Below, one piece after another: positions 26,066 through 35,224 of a DNA stretch of 51,315 nt. Origin of the DNA: Armatimonadota bacterium (GTDB taxonomy: Bacteria > Armatimonadota > UBA10988); the NCBI GenBank assembly GCA_016235455.1, contig JACRKZ010000105.1, positions 1-51,315 on the forward strand, read 5' to 3'. The notes beneath the pieces are model-generated. The model saw only the letters and a program-made list of their open reading frames with translations. It did not search any database and had not been told where the DNA came from. The first letter of the stretch is position 1. Each line of letters begins with the position of its first letter. A program made the position numbers and the translations under genes.

Positions 26066-27694
26066 ATGCGCCGACTTGCGATCTTGGTCGTCCCTCTGCT
26101 GGCCGCCGCTGCCCTGGCCCAGAAGCCGCTGCCTGCCTATGGCGGCACCTGGGGCGCCACGGTGAACGGCCAGACCGTGAGCCTGGACCTGACGGCTGAT
26201 GCGCAGGCGGCGGGCACCTACAACGGCAAGCTGTCGATCGGTGATGCCACCAGCGCCGTGCTCGCCTCGGTCGAGCCCGATACGGGCCAGCTCAACGGTG
26301 CGGTCATCCTGCAGAAGGCGCCCGACGGCAAGCCCACCGAGTTCCGCGACTACCTCAACTTCTGCGCTGAGCTCAACGGGCCGGGCCTGGTCCTGACGCT
26401 GTCGCTGCAGGCGGGGCCGCGGCAGTTCGAGATGAGCCGCGCGGGCGGCGCGCCGGCGCCTGGACCGGCGCCGGTGCCCACGGGTCAGGGCGGGCTGGCC
26501 GGCACGTTCCGCATGGAGCAGAACGGCACCGTCATCGAGTTGACCCTCAAGCCGGGCGCCGACAACCAGTGGAGCGGTACGCTCACGCTCGGTGGCCAGA
26601 CCACCGCGCTGGTCGGCCGGCTCGACCCAGCCAAGGGCACCATCCAAGGGGCCATCCAGCTCAATCCGACGCCGGCCGGCGCCGAGCCCAAGGAGTTTGA
26701 GAACTACATGTTCTTCGTGGTCGAGCCCAGCGGCGCCGGCGTCACGCTGTCGGTCAAGCTGCAGGCGGGTGAGCGGCAGTTCGCCATGAACCGCGTCGGG
26801 GTCGGCGCGCCCAACCCGCCCGCGCCGCCGCCCGCGGGCCAGCCCGGCTCACTGGCCGGCGACTACCACATGGAGCAGAACGGCCAGGTCATTGACGTCA
26901 GCCTCAAGCAGCAGCCTGACGGCAGCTACGCCGGCACGTTCACCCTCGCCGGCCAGACCACGGCGCTGGTCGGCAAGCTCGATGCGGCCAAGGGTGTGCT
27001 GCAGGGCGCCATCCAGCTCAATCCGACGCCGGCGGGCGCCGAGCCCAAGGAGTTCGAGAACTACCTCTTCTTCGTCGCCCAGCCCACGGCCGACGGCCTG
27101 CTCATCAGCGTCAAGCTCCAGGCCGGCGAACGGCAGTTCCCGCTGACGCGCCGGGGCGCCGCCCCGGCACCCGTGCCGGGCGGCGTCAAGCCGCCCGCGC
27201 CCGGCGGCGACCCCATCGGACTGGAGAACCTGCCACCGGCTGGCGGGACACCCGCGCCCGCGGGCAACCCCACGCCCGGCGGGGGCCTGACCGGCCTGTT
27301 CCGCAAGCCGGAGCCGCCCAAGCCAGCCGGCAGCGGGCTGGGCGGACTGTTCGGCAAGGCTCAACCCGCCTTCGTCGGCGAGTACCGGCACAACGCCGAC
27401 GGACAGAACGCCAGCCTGACCATCAAGGTTGACGATAAGAACAAGGGCCAGCTGAACGGCTCGGTGTCGATGGGCGGACAGACCCTCGACCTGGCCGGGG
27501 TGATCAACGACAAGGGCAACTTCGAGGGCGTCATCCAGTTGCGCAAGACCGCCGCCGGCGTGCAGCCCAAGGAGTACGAGGACTACGTCTGCTTCGTTGC
27601 CAAGCTCACCGCCGACGGCCTGACCTTCACGGTCAAGTTTGCCGATGGCGAGCAGCCGTTCGCCTTCCGACGCGAGGCCAAGGCTGGCGGCTAG
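26066..27694 (+). CDS. Secreted protein with four tandem ~100-aa beta-rich repeats and Pro-rich linkers
   Basis: CAGGAG RBS, signal peptide, four copies of G..(x)..G...L.L....Y/W.G.....G......G......G...G.I.L...P.G..P.EF.NY/DY..F. Confidence 0.85.
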   Translation: MRRLAILVVPLLAAAALAQKPLPAYGGTWGATVNGQTVSLDLTADAQAAGTYNGKLSIGDATSAVLASVEPDTGQLNGAVILQKAPDGKPTEFRDYLNFCAELNGPGLVLTLSLQAGPRQFEMSRAGGAPAPGPAPVPTGQGGLAGTFRMEQNGTVIELTLKPGADNQWSGTLTLGGQTTALVGRLDPAKGTIQGAIQLNPTPAGAEPKEFENYMFFVVEPSGAGVTLSVKLQAGERQFAMNRVGVGAPNPPAPPPAGQPGSLAGDYHMEQNGQVIDVSLKQQPDGSYAGTFTLAGQTTALVGKLDAAKGVLQGAIQLNPTPAGAEPKEFENYLFFVAQPTADGLLISVKLQAGERQFPLTRRGAAPAPVPGGVKPPAPGGDPIGLENLPPAGGTPAPAGNPTPGGGLTGLFRKPEPPKPAGSGLGGLFGKAQPAFVGEYRHNADGQNASLTIKVDDKNKGQLNGSVSMGGQTLDLAGVINDKGNFEGVIQLRKTAAGVQPKEYEDYVCFVAKLTADGLTFTVKFADGEQPFAFRREAKAGG

Positions 27695-27822
27695 CGACAC
27701 TTGTTGCGCAAATGTGGTGACTCGGCGCGGTTTGCCGTCGCGCCGGGCTCTGCATGGTGCTATCCCAGGGTCAACGCGTCCGTTGATGGCTTGGCGGAGC
27801 GAACACATCAGGGAGATGAGCC

Positions 27823-28251
27823 ATGCGAAGACGTCTGATGTTGGTGCTGATCGGTAGTTTGGGTCTCGGGCTGATGGTGGGCTGTGGCGCAGGTTTCGTC
27901 GCCGCACTGCAGAGCCTCTACGGCTCTTGGTCCAACGGCGCCGGCTACATGTCTATCCATCAGCCTGGTGCGCAGCCTCGGCAGTCCGGTGACCAGTTGG
28001 AGATCTACTACCCGGCAGCGACGGGTCAGTCGGATTGGTACCTGGTCGGCTCGGCGGTGAAGTCGGGCAACACCTGGTCCGGCACGTTCGAAGTCATGAG
28101 CGGGCCGACCACGCGCCAGAGCGGCCCGCTGGTGGTGGGCAACAACGTCACGGTGCAGCTCAACCTGACGAGCAACACCGCACTGCATTCGACCATCAGC
28201 GCCACGGGCGCGACCAGTATCGTGGCCAACTGGACCAAGGTCGTCGACTGA
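27823..28251 (+). CDS. Putative lipoprotein (small beta-barrel)
   Basis: GGGAG RBS, basic N-terminus, hydrophobic core, lipobox-like MVGC. Confidence 0.75.
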   Translation: MRRRLMLVLIGSLGLGLMVGCGAGFVAALQSLYGSWSNGAGYMSIHQPGAQPRQSGDQLEIYYPAATGQSDWYLVGSAVKSGNTWSGTFEVMSGPTTRQSGPLVVGNNVTVQLNLTSNTALHSTISATGATSIVANWTKVVD

Positions 28252-28342
28252 CCTGGGTCGCGGATCACCTGACGGCGCGACCGGCAAGCCACCGGCCGCG
28301 CCGTTGGTTTTGACGTACAATGCCACCGATGGAGGAGCGACT

Positions 28343-28786
28343 ATGTGGCGTCGTTGGAGCCTACTCGGAACGGTGGCGTGCGCGCTGGCGGGTGGATTGA
28401 TCGTGGGCGGCTGCGGTAGCGGCGAGACGGTCGTCCTCGGCCGGTTGCTGGGCAGCTGGCGCAACGGGTCGAGCCAGACGCTGACCATCGCGCGGGCCTC
28501 ATCGCAGCAGACGCGCGTCAGCGAGGGCCTGGTCATCACCTACCCGTCGGAGGTGGCCGGCACCAGCTACCTGCTCAACGGCACCCTAAGCCAGTCTGGC
28601 CATCGCTACAGTGGCGCGTTCCAGGTGGCCAGCGGCCCGTCGGTCCGCTCCCTGGGCCCGCTGGTGGTGGGCACCACGGTGACCGTCACCCTCAACTTGG
28701 ATGGCGACAGCCTCAACTCGTCGATCAGCCGCGCTGGCCTGACCGTCGAGTCGGACTGGACGCGCGTGGCTGCCGCGGCGCGGTGA
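28343..28786 (+). CDS. Putative lipoprotein, paralog of upstream gene
   Basis: GGAGGAG RBS, lipobox-like VGGC; shares GSW.NG, YP, SG.F.V.SGP..R..GPLVVG..VTV.LNL, WT.V with the upstream gene. Confidence 0.78.
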   Translation: MWRRWSLLGTVACALAGGLIVGGCGSGETVVLGRLLGSWRNGSSQTLTIARASSQQTRVSEGLVITYPSEVAGTSYLLNGTLSQSGHRYSGAFQVASGPSVRSLGPLVVGTTVTVTLNLDGDSLNSSISRAGLTVESDWTRVAAAAR

Positions 28787-28817
28787 GCGCGCCGACGACC
28801 ATGTGACCCAAACCACG

Positions 28818-28852
28818 AGAGGCCGGCCCCAGCGGGGCCGGCCTCTTCGTTT
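28818..28852. terminator. Intrinsic terminator between convergent genes (probably bidirectional)
   Basis: Perfect 13-bp stem AGAGGCCGGCCCC-agc-GGGGCCGGCCTCT followed by TCGTTT. Confidence 0.75.
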
Positions 28853-28875
28853 CCGATTGGTCTGGCGGGTGGCGC

Positions 28876-31020
28876 CTACTTCTTGGGCTTGTCGGCCTCG
28901 GCCTTGCCCGAAGTGGCCTTGCCGCCCGCGGGCGGGGCACCCTCGGTCTTGGCGGCGTCCATGATCTTCACGGTCTGTTCCTTGGTCACTTCGCCGGCGC
29001 CTTCGACGGCGATGGTGTCGCCCGGCAGCAGCGTGCCTTCGCTGACCTCGACCAGGCCCTCGCGCGTGCCGCCGATGACGACCTCGCAGGGGATGCCGCG
29101 GGTACCGTCGACCTTGACGACCCAGTTCTTGTCGTCGCGGCGGGTGATGGCGCCCACCGGCACGCGCAGCGTGCGCTTGTTGCGCTGCAGGACCACCGAG
29201 CCGCGGGCGAACATGCCCTCGCGCAGCCGGTTGCCCTCGTTGGGCACGCCCACCTTGACGGTGAACGAGCGGCTGCGCACGTCGGCGGCCGGCATGATCT
29301 CCAGCACGCGGCCGGAGTACTTCTTGTCCGGCTGCGCATCGACGCTGACGTCCACGGTGTCGCCGGGGCTGATGAAGCGGAGCTTCTCTTCAGGCACCAG
29401 CGCGTTGAAGTGCACGTAGTTGTCGGCCACCAGGCGGAACAGCTTGGATCCGGGGCTGACCACCGAGCCGACCTCGACGTTCTTCTCGGCGATGCCGCCG
29501 CCGATGGGCGCGACGATGGCGTGGTCGCGCAGGTTGACCCGCGCGATGGACAGCGCCGCCTCGGCGCCCAGCACCTGACCGCGCAATTGCGCGATGTCCT
29601 GGCGGGTGATGCTCGGCTGCACGCGACCGGCATTGGCGTTGCGCAGGCCCTGCTCGGCCTGAGCCACGGCCTCACCGGCGGCCTCGAGTTCCTTCTTGGC
29701 GATGTCGGTGGAGCCCAAGCCGGCCTCGGCCAGCCGGACCGCCTGCTTCGAGGCTTCCACGGCCTGCTCGGCCGAGGCCACATCGGCCTCGCTGATGGGC
29801 ACCTGGCCGCGCGCTACGCGGGCCGTCTCGGCCTGGGCGTTCGCCGCGCGCAGCGCCTGCTCGGCGCGGGTCACGTCTTCCTTGGCGTTCTTCAGGTCTT
29901 CGCGGCGCAATGCCAGGTTCTGGTCACGGCTGGTCTTGGCCTGGCTGAGCTGCTCGCGAGCCTGCTCCAACTGCGACTTGGCCACGGCGATCTGCTGCTG
30001 GCGCGGGCCTTCCTTGACCAGGCTGGCCTGGAGTTCGGCCTGCTTGGACTGCTCGCGTGCCGCATCGAGCCGCAACTGAGCGTTGTCCAGCGTCGACTTG
30101 GCCACGGCGCCGCCCTCAAACAGCATCTTGGCGCGGTTAAAGTCGGACTCGACCGTGCGCAGATTGGCGTGAGCCGCCGCGACGGCGCTGTCGGCCACGC
30201 CGCGTTCCTGCGTGCGGGCGCCATCCTCGAGGATGGCCAACTGGTTCTGCGCCTGGCTCACCGCCTGGGTGGTGGTGGTCACCGCGCTCTGCGTGCTGCT
30301 GTCGGTCAGGGCCAGGCTGGTCTCGGCCTGGGCGATGCGGTTGCGCGCCGCCGACAACGCCGCGGTGGCCTGCTGCACGCCAGCTTCAGCACCCTCGACA
30401 TCGCCTGAAGTCTTCTGCTTGGCGATGATCAGCGACTGCTGCGCCTGGAGCAGCCGATTCTCGGCGGTATGCAGGTTGGCCTTGGCCTGGGTCACGTCGA
30501 CGCCTTGATCGCCCGACTTGGTCTGGGAGATCTTGAGGCTCGACTCGGCCTGCGAGCGGCGCGCCTTGGCGGCGTTGAGCTGCGCGGTGGCCGTGCGGAC
30601 CGCGGCGTCCGACTGCGTCTCGACCAGCGAGACGGTCAGCATGGCCTTGTTCAGCATGGCCTTGGCCGAAACCACGGAGGCCGCGGCCTGCTGCACCTGG
30701 CCGCGCGCGGCGGCGGAGTCGAGTGCCACCAGCACGCGCCCCGACGGCACACGCTGGCCCTCGTCAGCGCCCAGCGACACCACACGACCGGCGATCTTGG
30801 AGGCGATCGTCACGTCGGTGCCGGCCACGATGCTGCCGGTCACCGCCAATGTCTCGTCACCCACCGCCTCGGTCACCCGGCCGGTGCGTACCGTGGCCAC
30901 ATCCGGCGTGGCCGCGGCGTCGGCGGCGGCCGTGGCCGGCGCCTTGGCGTGGCGCGCGCAGGCCGTCATGCCCATCGCCACCAAGCCGATACTCAGCCCT
31001 CGTATTGCCCAGCGCTTCAT
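28876..31020 (-). CDS. Periplasmic adaptor (membrane fusion protein, HlyD/AcrA family) with very long coiled coil
   Basis: Lipoprotein-like MTAC; lipoyl halves IASKIAGRV...DEGQRV and IVAPIGG...VEVGSVV; beta-barrel RSRSFTVKV, LREGMFARG; about 400 Ala/Gln-rich residues in between. Confidence 0.88.
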   Translation of the reverse strand: MKRWAIRGLSIGLVAMGMTACARHAKAPATAAADAAATPDVATVRTGRVTEAVGDETLAVTGSIVAGTDVTIASKIAGRVVSLGADEGQRVPSGRVLVALDSAAARGQVQQAAASVVSAKAMLNKAMLTVSLVETQSDAAVRTATAQLNAAKARRSQAESSLKISQTKSGDQGVDVTQAKANLHTAENRLLQAQQSLIIAKQKTSGDVEGAEAGVQQATAALSAARNRIAQAETSLALTDSSTQSAVTTTTQAVSQAQNQLAILEDGARTQERGVADSAVAAAHANLRTVESDFNRAKMLFEGGAVAKSTLDNAQLRLDAAREQSKQAELQASLVKEGPRQQQIAVAKSQLEQAREQLSQAKTSRDQNLALRREDLKNAKEDVTRAEQALRAANAQAETARVARGQVPISEADVASAEQAVEASKQAVRLAEAGLGSTDIAKKELEAAGEAVAQAEQGLRNANAGRVQPSITRQDIAQLRGQVLGAEAALSIARVNLRDHAIVAPIGGGIAEKNVEVGSVVSPGSKLFRLVADNYVHFNALVPEEKLRFISPGDTVDVSVDAQPDKKYSGRVLEIMPAADVRSRSFTVKVGVPNEGNRLREGMFARGSVVLQRNKRTLRVPVGAITRRDDKNWVVKVDGTRGIPCEVVIGGTREGLVEVSEGTLLPGDTIAVEGAGEVTKEQTVKIMDAAKTEGAPPAGGKATSGKAEADKPKK

Positions 31021-31028
31021 CACAACCC

Positions 31029-32582
31029 TCACTTGCCGGCCGGCTGGCTCGCCTTGTCCAGCTTGTCGTAGTCTCGCGTCAACTCGCCCAGATCCTTGCC
31101 CGGTCGCTGCGGCAGCGCCGGCAGTGGCACTTTCACGCCGCCGGGCAGGTTCATCTCGTTGCCCTTCAGGTAGCCGCCGGTGACACCCAGCCAGCCTGCC
31201 TGCGCCAGGGCGTTGTCGAAGTAGGCGGTGACCAGGTTGGTCTCCGCCGACGACAGCGCACGGCGCGCGTCCAGCAGCTCCAGGTAGATGCCCTCACCCT
31301 CCTGGAACCGCAACTGCTCAATGCGCAGCGCCTCCGTGGCCGAGTCCACCTCGACCTTGGCCTGCTCCACGCGGTTGCGCGACTCGCCCATGGTCAGCAG
31401 CACCTTGCGCACGTCCAGTTCGATATCGCGCATCTGGCGCTCGAGCTTGTTGCGCTCGGAGTTGACCTGCGCCAGGTTCTTCATCACGCTGCCCTTGGTG
31501 TCGCCCCAGTCCCACACGTTGAGCGACAGCGCCAAGGCCACCTGCCAGTTGTCCGAGCTGCCAAACGTACCCGAGTTCATCGTGTGCGTGTAGTTGCTGC
31601 TCAGCGCGGCGCTGGGCCAGAAGCCCGCCCGCGCCGCACGGACCGCTTGCTCGTTGATGTGAATGACCGCCTGCTGCGTCTTGAGCTCGGGCCGCTGGCT
31701 CACGGCCAGCTTGAGGCTGTCCAGCAGGTCCGGCGGATCGAACAGCACGCGCGGCGCGGCCACGACGGCCAGCGGCTCGTTCACATGCCGGCCCATGAGC
31801 GACAGCAGCGTGGAACGCGACGTCTCGATGCCGTTGTCGGCCTGGAGTTGCGCCTGGCGTGCACCGGCCAGAGCCGACTGCGCGCGCAACACGTTGACCT
31901 TGGGCACCGCGCCGGCCTCGAAGCTGGCCGTGGCCACCTTGACCTGCTCGCTGGCCAGGTCGACCGTGCGGTCGGCCACGATCTTGAGTTCTTGAGCGCG
32001 CAGCAACTGCAGATAGGCCAGCACCGTGTTGCCCACCGTCAGGTTGATGGTCGACTCGTCGCGGTGGATGGCGGCCATTTCGCTCATCTTGGCGATGGCC
32101 ACATTGGCCTGCATGGCGCCCGCGGAGAAGATGACCCAGTTGCTGCCCACCTTGAAGGTGCGGAAGTTCGGCTTGGCCGTGGTGATCGTCGTGCCACCAC
32201 CCAGCGTCGCTTTGCTCTCCTTCTGGAAGACTTCGGTGTAGGTGAAGTCCACCGGCGGCAAGAGCGCGGCGCTCGCCTGCATCTTGGAGCCGCGCGCGGC
32301 ACGAATGGCGGCGCGCGACGCGGCGATATCCGGGCTGTTGACCAGCGCCTCCTCGATGCAATCGAGTACCGACATCGGCGCGCCTGGCGCCTTGGCCGGC
32401 AGGCCGTCGGCCGAGACCACCGGCGGCGCCGGCGTGGTCTGAGTCGGCTTGACTTCCACCGCTGTGCCTGGCTGTGGCGGACCCAGATTGGGCCCCGCCG
32501 CCAAAACGCCCGCGGCGAGCAGGCCGTTGAGCATCAACCCAGTCGTCCAACGGACAACGGGTTGCGCAGTCGTCAACCTCAT
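31029..32582 (-). CDS. TolC-family outer membrane efflux protein
   Basis: Two OEP repeats (EALVNSPDI..., AYLQLLRAQE, FEAG.V, RPEL, WDWG, RFQEG.G..LELLDAR). Confidence 0.92.
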   Translation of the reverse strand: MRLTTAQPVVRWTTGLMLNGLLAAGVLAAGPNLGPPQPGTAVEVKPTQTTPAPPVVSADGLPAKAPGAPMSVLDCIEEALVNSPDIAASRAAIRAARGSKMQASAALLPPVDFTYTEVFQKESKATLGGGTTITTAKPNFRTFKVGSNWVIFSAGAMQANVAIAKMSEMAAIHRDESTINLTVGNTVLAYLQLLRAQELKIVADRTVDLASEQVKVATASFEAGAVPKVNVLRAQSALAGARQAQLQADNGIETSRSTLLSLMGRHVNEPLAVVAAPRVLFDPPDLLDSLKLAVSQRPELKTQQAVIHINEQAVRAARAGFWPSAALSSNYTHTMNSGTFGSSDNWQVALALSLNVWDWGDTKGSVMKNLAQVNSERNKLERQMRDIELDVRKVLLTMGESRNRVEQAKVEVDSATEALRIEQLRFQEGEGIYLELLDARRALSSAETNLVTAYFDNALAQAGWLGVTGGYLKGNEMNLPGGVKVPLPALPQRPGKDLGELTRDYDKLDKASQPAGK

Positions 32583-32711
32583 GGTCGTACTTCCCTCACA
32601 ATGACCCGACCAGCCATCCCCTAAAGGATGCCACCAGCGGCACTCGCTGCCAAGGCCGCAGACCCTCGGCGGCCCGGCGGATTCACCGCCACCGCCATTG
32701 TACCGCAGTTG

Positions 32712-32731
32712 GTGAATAAGCGCTTACTTAC
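32712..32731. promoter_or_regulatory. LacI/GalR-type operator in divergent promoter region
   Basis: GTGAA-TAAGCGCTTA-CTTAC with a perfect core palindrome, in an AT-rich patch with TTGGTG-17-TATAGA on + and TACAAT (32697-32702) on -. Confidence 0.6.
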
Positions 32732-32822
32732 TATAGAACAATTCCGGCCGGGACGCCAGCGACGGGAGCAGGATGAGGGTGTCTGGCGTCCAATGGTGCG
32801 TCAAGTCGAGGAGTAGAAGAAC

Positions 32823-33713
32823 ATGAGCGATAGGCGAGCGTTCCTCAAGGGTGTTTCGGTGGCAGGTGCCGGCGTGGCCATGGCCTCGGCCGCGGGTGCG
32901 GCGACCAAAGTGGCTGTTCTGGACGGCACGCCCGCCGCGGCGCTGAAGATGTCGAGCCAGCAGGGCATCATCCCCGGCGGCAGCCTGCCCGAGAAGCTGG
33001 CCAAGATGGAGAAGTGGGGCTACGACGGCATCGAGCTGGATGCCGGCATCGTCGGCCGGGTCGAGGAGATCCAGAAGGCGCTGGCCAACTCCAAGCTGAA
33101 GGTGTCAGCCATCTGCGCGGCCGACGGCCCGTACATCGTCACCGACGAGGCGCAGCGCAAGCGCGCCATGGACAACGCCAAGCGCATCCTCGACGCTGCC
33201 GGCCAGCTCGGCTCGACCGGTGTGATCATGGTTCCGGCGTTCAACGGCGCCCAGGGGCAGTTGCTGGCCGGCGAGGCCCGCAAGCTCCTGATCGACATGC
33301 TCCGGGAGTTGGGCGCCCACGCCGTCCAGGCCAAGAGCCGCATGTTGCTCGAGCCGCTCAACCGCGGCGAGGCTTACTTCCTGCGCCAGTTGGGCGATGC
33401 CGCGAGCATCTGCCGCGACGTGGACAGCCCCGGCATTGGCCTGATGGGCGACTTCTACCACATGCGCATCGAAGAGAACAGCGACATGGGCGCGTTCATC
33501 TCCGCGGGCAAGTACCTGCACCATGTGCATCTGGCCAGTTGGCAGCGCAACCAGCCGGGCAGCGACCAGCGCAGCTTTGTGGACGGCTTCCGCGGCCTCA
33601 AGTGGATCGGCTACCAGGACTACTGCAGCCTGGAGTGCGGCATCAAGGGCGACCGCGAGGTCGAGCTGCCCAAGATCGTCACCTTCCTGCGCGGCCAGTG
33701 GGAAGAGGCCTAA
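32823..33713 (+). CDS. Tat-exported sugar phosphate isomerase/epimerase TIM barrel protein
   Basis: DRRAFLK Tat motif; GYDGIEL, LEPLNRGE, GDFYHM.IEE, HVHLA, R.QPG, SLEC. Confidence 0.9.
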   Translation: MSDRRAFLKGVSVAGAGVAMASAAGAATKVAVLDGTPAAALKMSSQQGIIPGGSLPEKLAKMEKWGYDGIELDAGIVGRVEEIQKALANSKLKVSAICAADGPYIVTDEAQRKRAMDNAKRILDAAGQLGSTGVIMVPAFNGAQGQLLAGEARKLLIDMLRELGAHAVQAKSRMLLEPLNRGEAYFLRQLGDAASICRDVDSPGIGLMGDFYHMRIEENSDMGAFISAGKYLHHVHLASWQRNQPGSDQRSFVDGFRGLKWIGYQDYCSLECGIKGDREVELPKIVTFLRGQWEEA

Positions 33714-33727
33714 GCACGCGGATCAAG

Positions 33728-33803
33728 CGTCGGGGCGGGTCTCCGTGCCTGCCCAGCTCGGGGTCTACCCCAGGCTGGGCGGGCACAGCGGCCCGCCCCG
33801 ACG
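33728..33803. repeat. Long imperfect inverted repeat between convergent genes (terminator or REP-like)
   Basis: CGTCGGGGCGGGT..GTGCCTGCCCAGC..GGGGT / ACCCC..GCTGGGCGGGCAC..GCCCGCCCCGACG, followed by TTGTTT. Confidence 0.65.
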
Positions 33804-33815
33804 TTGTTTCTGGGT

Positions 33816-34979
33816 CTACAGGTTCGATTTGAGCATGTTGTAGCTGAGCGAGGTGCGGCTGTAGTAGGGCTCACCGAACTCATCGGCCCGGCCGGTCCAC
33901 TGGCGGCCGAAGCGGACGTAGAACACGCGTACTTCGCCGGCCTTCTCGTTCTCCACGGCCACGGCGGCCTCCAGCCAGCGGAAGATGCCGCTACGGATGG
34001 TGTCGCCTTCGCTCCAGGCCTCGGCCGTCTCGGTCCAGGCGTCGCCGCGGATGGTCAGCTTGACCGGCTTCTCGTTGGGGAAGGCGCGGCGGTAAGCAGC
34101 CATGAGCTGGGTGCGCAGCGCCTCGAGGTCATTGCCCTTGTAGCTGTCGCCCGGCATGCGGTTCTCGGCGGTCTGCAGGGCGATCTTGGCTTCGGCCTTC
34201 TTGAGCAGCGCGTCGGCCTTGGCGCTGAGGTCGGCCAGTTGCGGCTGCTTGGGGTCGATGGCCTTGGCGTAACCGACGTACTCGCGCACCTTGTCAGCGG
34301 CCATGAGCATGGCGTGGACCGGGCTGTCGTCGGTGATGCGCGCCAACTCCTCGCCGGCCTTCTGCAACGAGCGCGGCAGGATGTTCTTCTCCAGGAACGG
34401 CTGCCACAGGCCGTCGCTGATCAGGATGCGCTGCAGGTAGTTGAGGTACTGGAAGGCCGTGGTCTGCGTGGCCAGCTTCAGGTACAGCACCGGTGACGGC
34501 GCCTTGGCCGCATAGGCCACGCCACAGGCCTCTGCCTTGGGGTAGCACTCTTTGGCTTTGAGCAGGAAGTTGGCGTACTGCTCGAAGCTCAGGCTGTCCT
34601 TGGGGGTGAACAGGTCGAGCGCAATGGCGTAGCGCGTCAGCTCGGCCTCGAACTCCGCGTTGGCTGCCTTGTAGGCGGCGCCGGCGGCGGCCTGGTTGGC
34701 TTCCGTCAGCGGTTCCCACAGCGCGTTCATGGCCTTCTCGTAGCGCGGCAGCAGGTCGCCGGGGAGCTGTCCCTGGGCACGCTGGATGATGGGCGCCAAG
34801 CCCAGCAGCACGAACCGCGCCTCGTTCTTCTTGCCGTCCGCCACGAGCTTCTCCGCCGCGTCGACGCCGGCGGTGAATACATCGATGGGCTTGACGCCCG
34901 GCGGCAACTGCGCCCGCACCGGTGCCAGGCACGTCAGCATCACCAGCATCCCGCCAACCAAGCCGAAAGCCTTGCGCAT
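33816..34979 (-). CDS. Secreted hypothetical, mostly alpha-helical protein
   Basis: GGAGAAGGG RBS, signal peptide ending VRA-Q, typical codon usage. Confidence 0.75.
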   Translation of the reverse strand: MRKAFGLVGGMLVMLTCLAPVRAQLPPGVKPIDVFTAGVDAAEKLVADGKKNEARFVLLGLAPIIQRAQGQLPGDLLPRYEKAMNALWEPLTEANQAAAGAAYKAANAEFEAELTRYAIALDLFTPKDSLSFEQYANFLLKAKECYPKAEACGVAYAAKAPSPVLYLKLATQTTAFQYLNYLQRILISDGLWQPFLEKNILPRSLQKAGEELARITDDSPVHAMLMAADKVREYVGYAKAIDPKQPQLADLSAKADALLKKAEAKIALQTAENRMPGDSYKGNDLEALRTQLMAAYRRAFPNEKPVKLTIRGDAWTETAEAWSEGDTIRSGIFRWLEAAVAVENEKAGEVRVFYVRFGRQWTGRADEFGEPYYSRTSLSYNMLKSNL

Positions 34980-35224
34980 TTCCCTTCTCCTCTGTCGCGT
35001 CGGCGCACTCCCGGTCCGCGCGACAATCCCACCTACCCGCGTCGCCCGCGGCGTCGCGACAGCCGCTGTTTACGACTTCGTGAACGCGCGGCCCATGCCA
35101 CCGCATACCTATCGTCCCCGGCCGGCGGCATCTTGAGGGAAGGCGGACGAGCTGTTCGCTCACATGACAGATACAGTCATAGCGCGGACCGGTGCTATCA
35201 TGGCCGGTTTCCGGAAGATGATGT

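Noticed and set aside
26480-27150. Near-identical DNA repeats as possible DGR template/variable repeats or CRISPR
   Set aside because: They are in-frame intragenic domain duplications with synonymous differences; no reverse transcriptase, adenine-specific variation or spacer structure.
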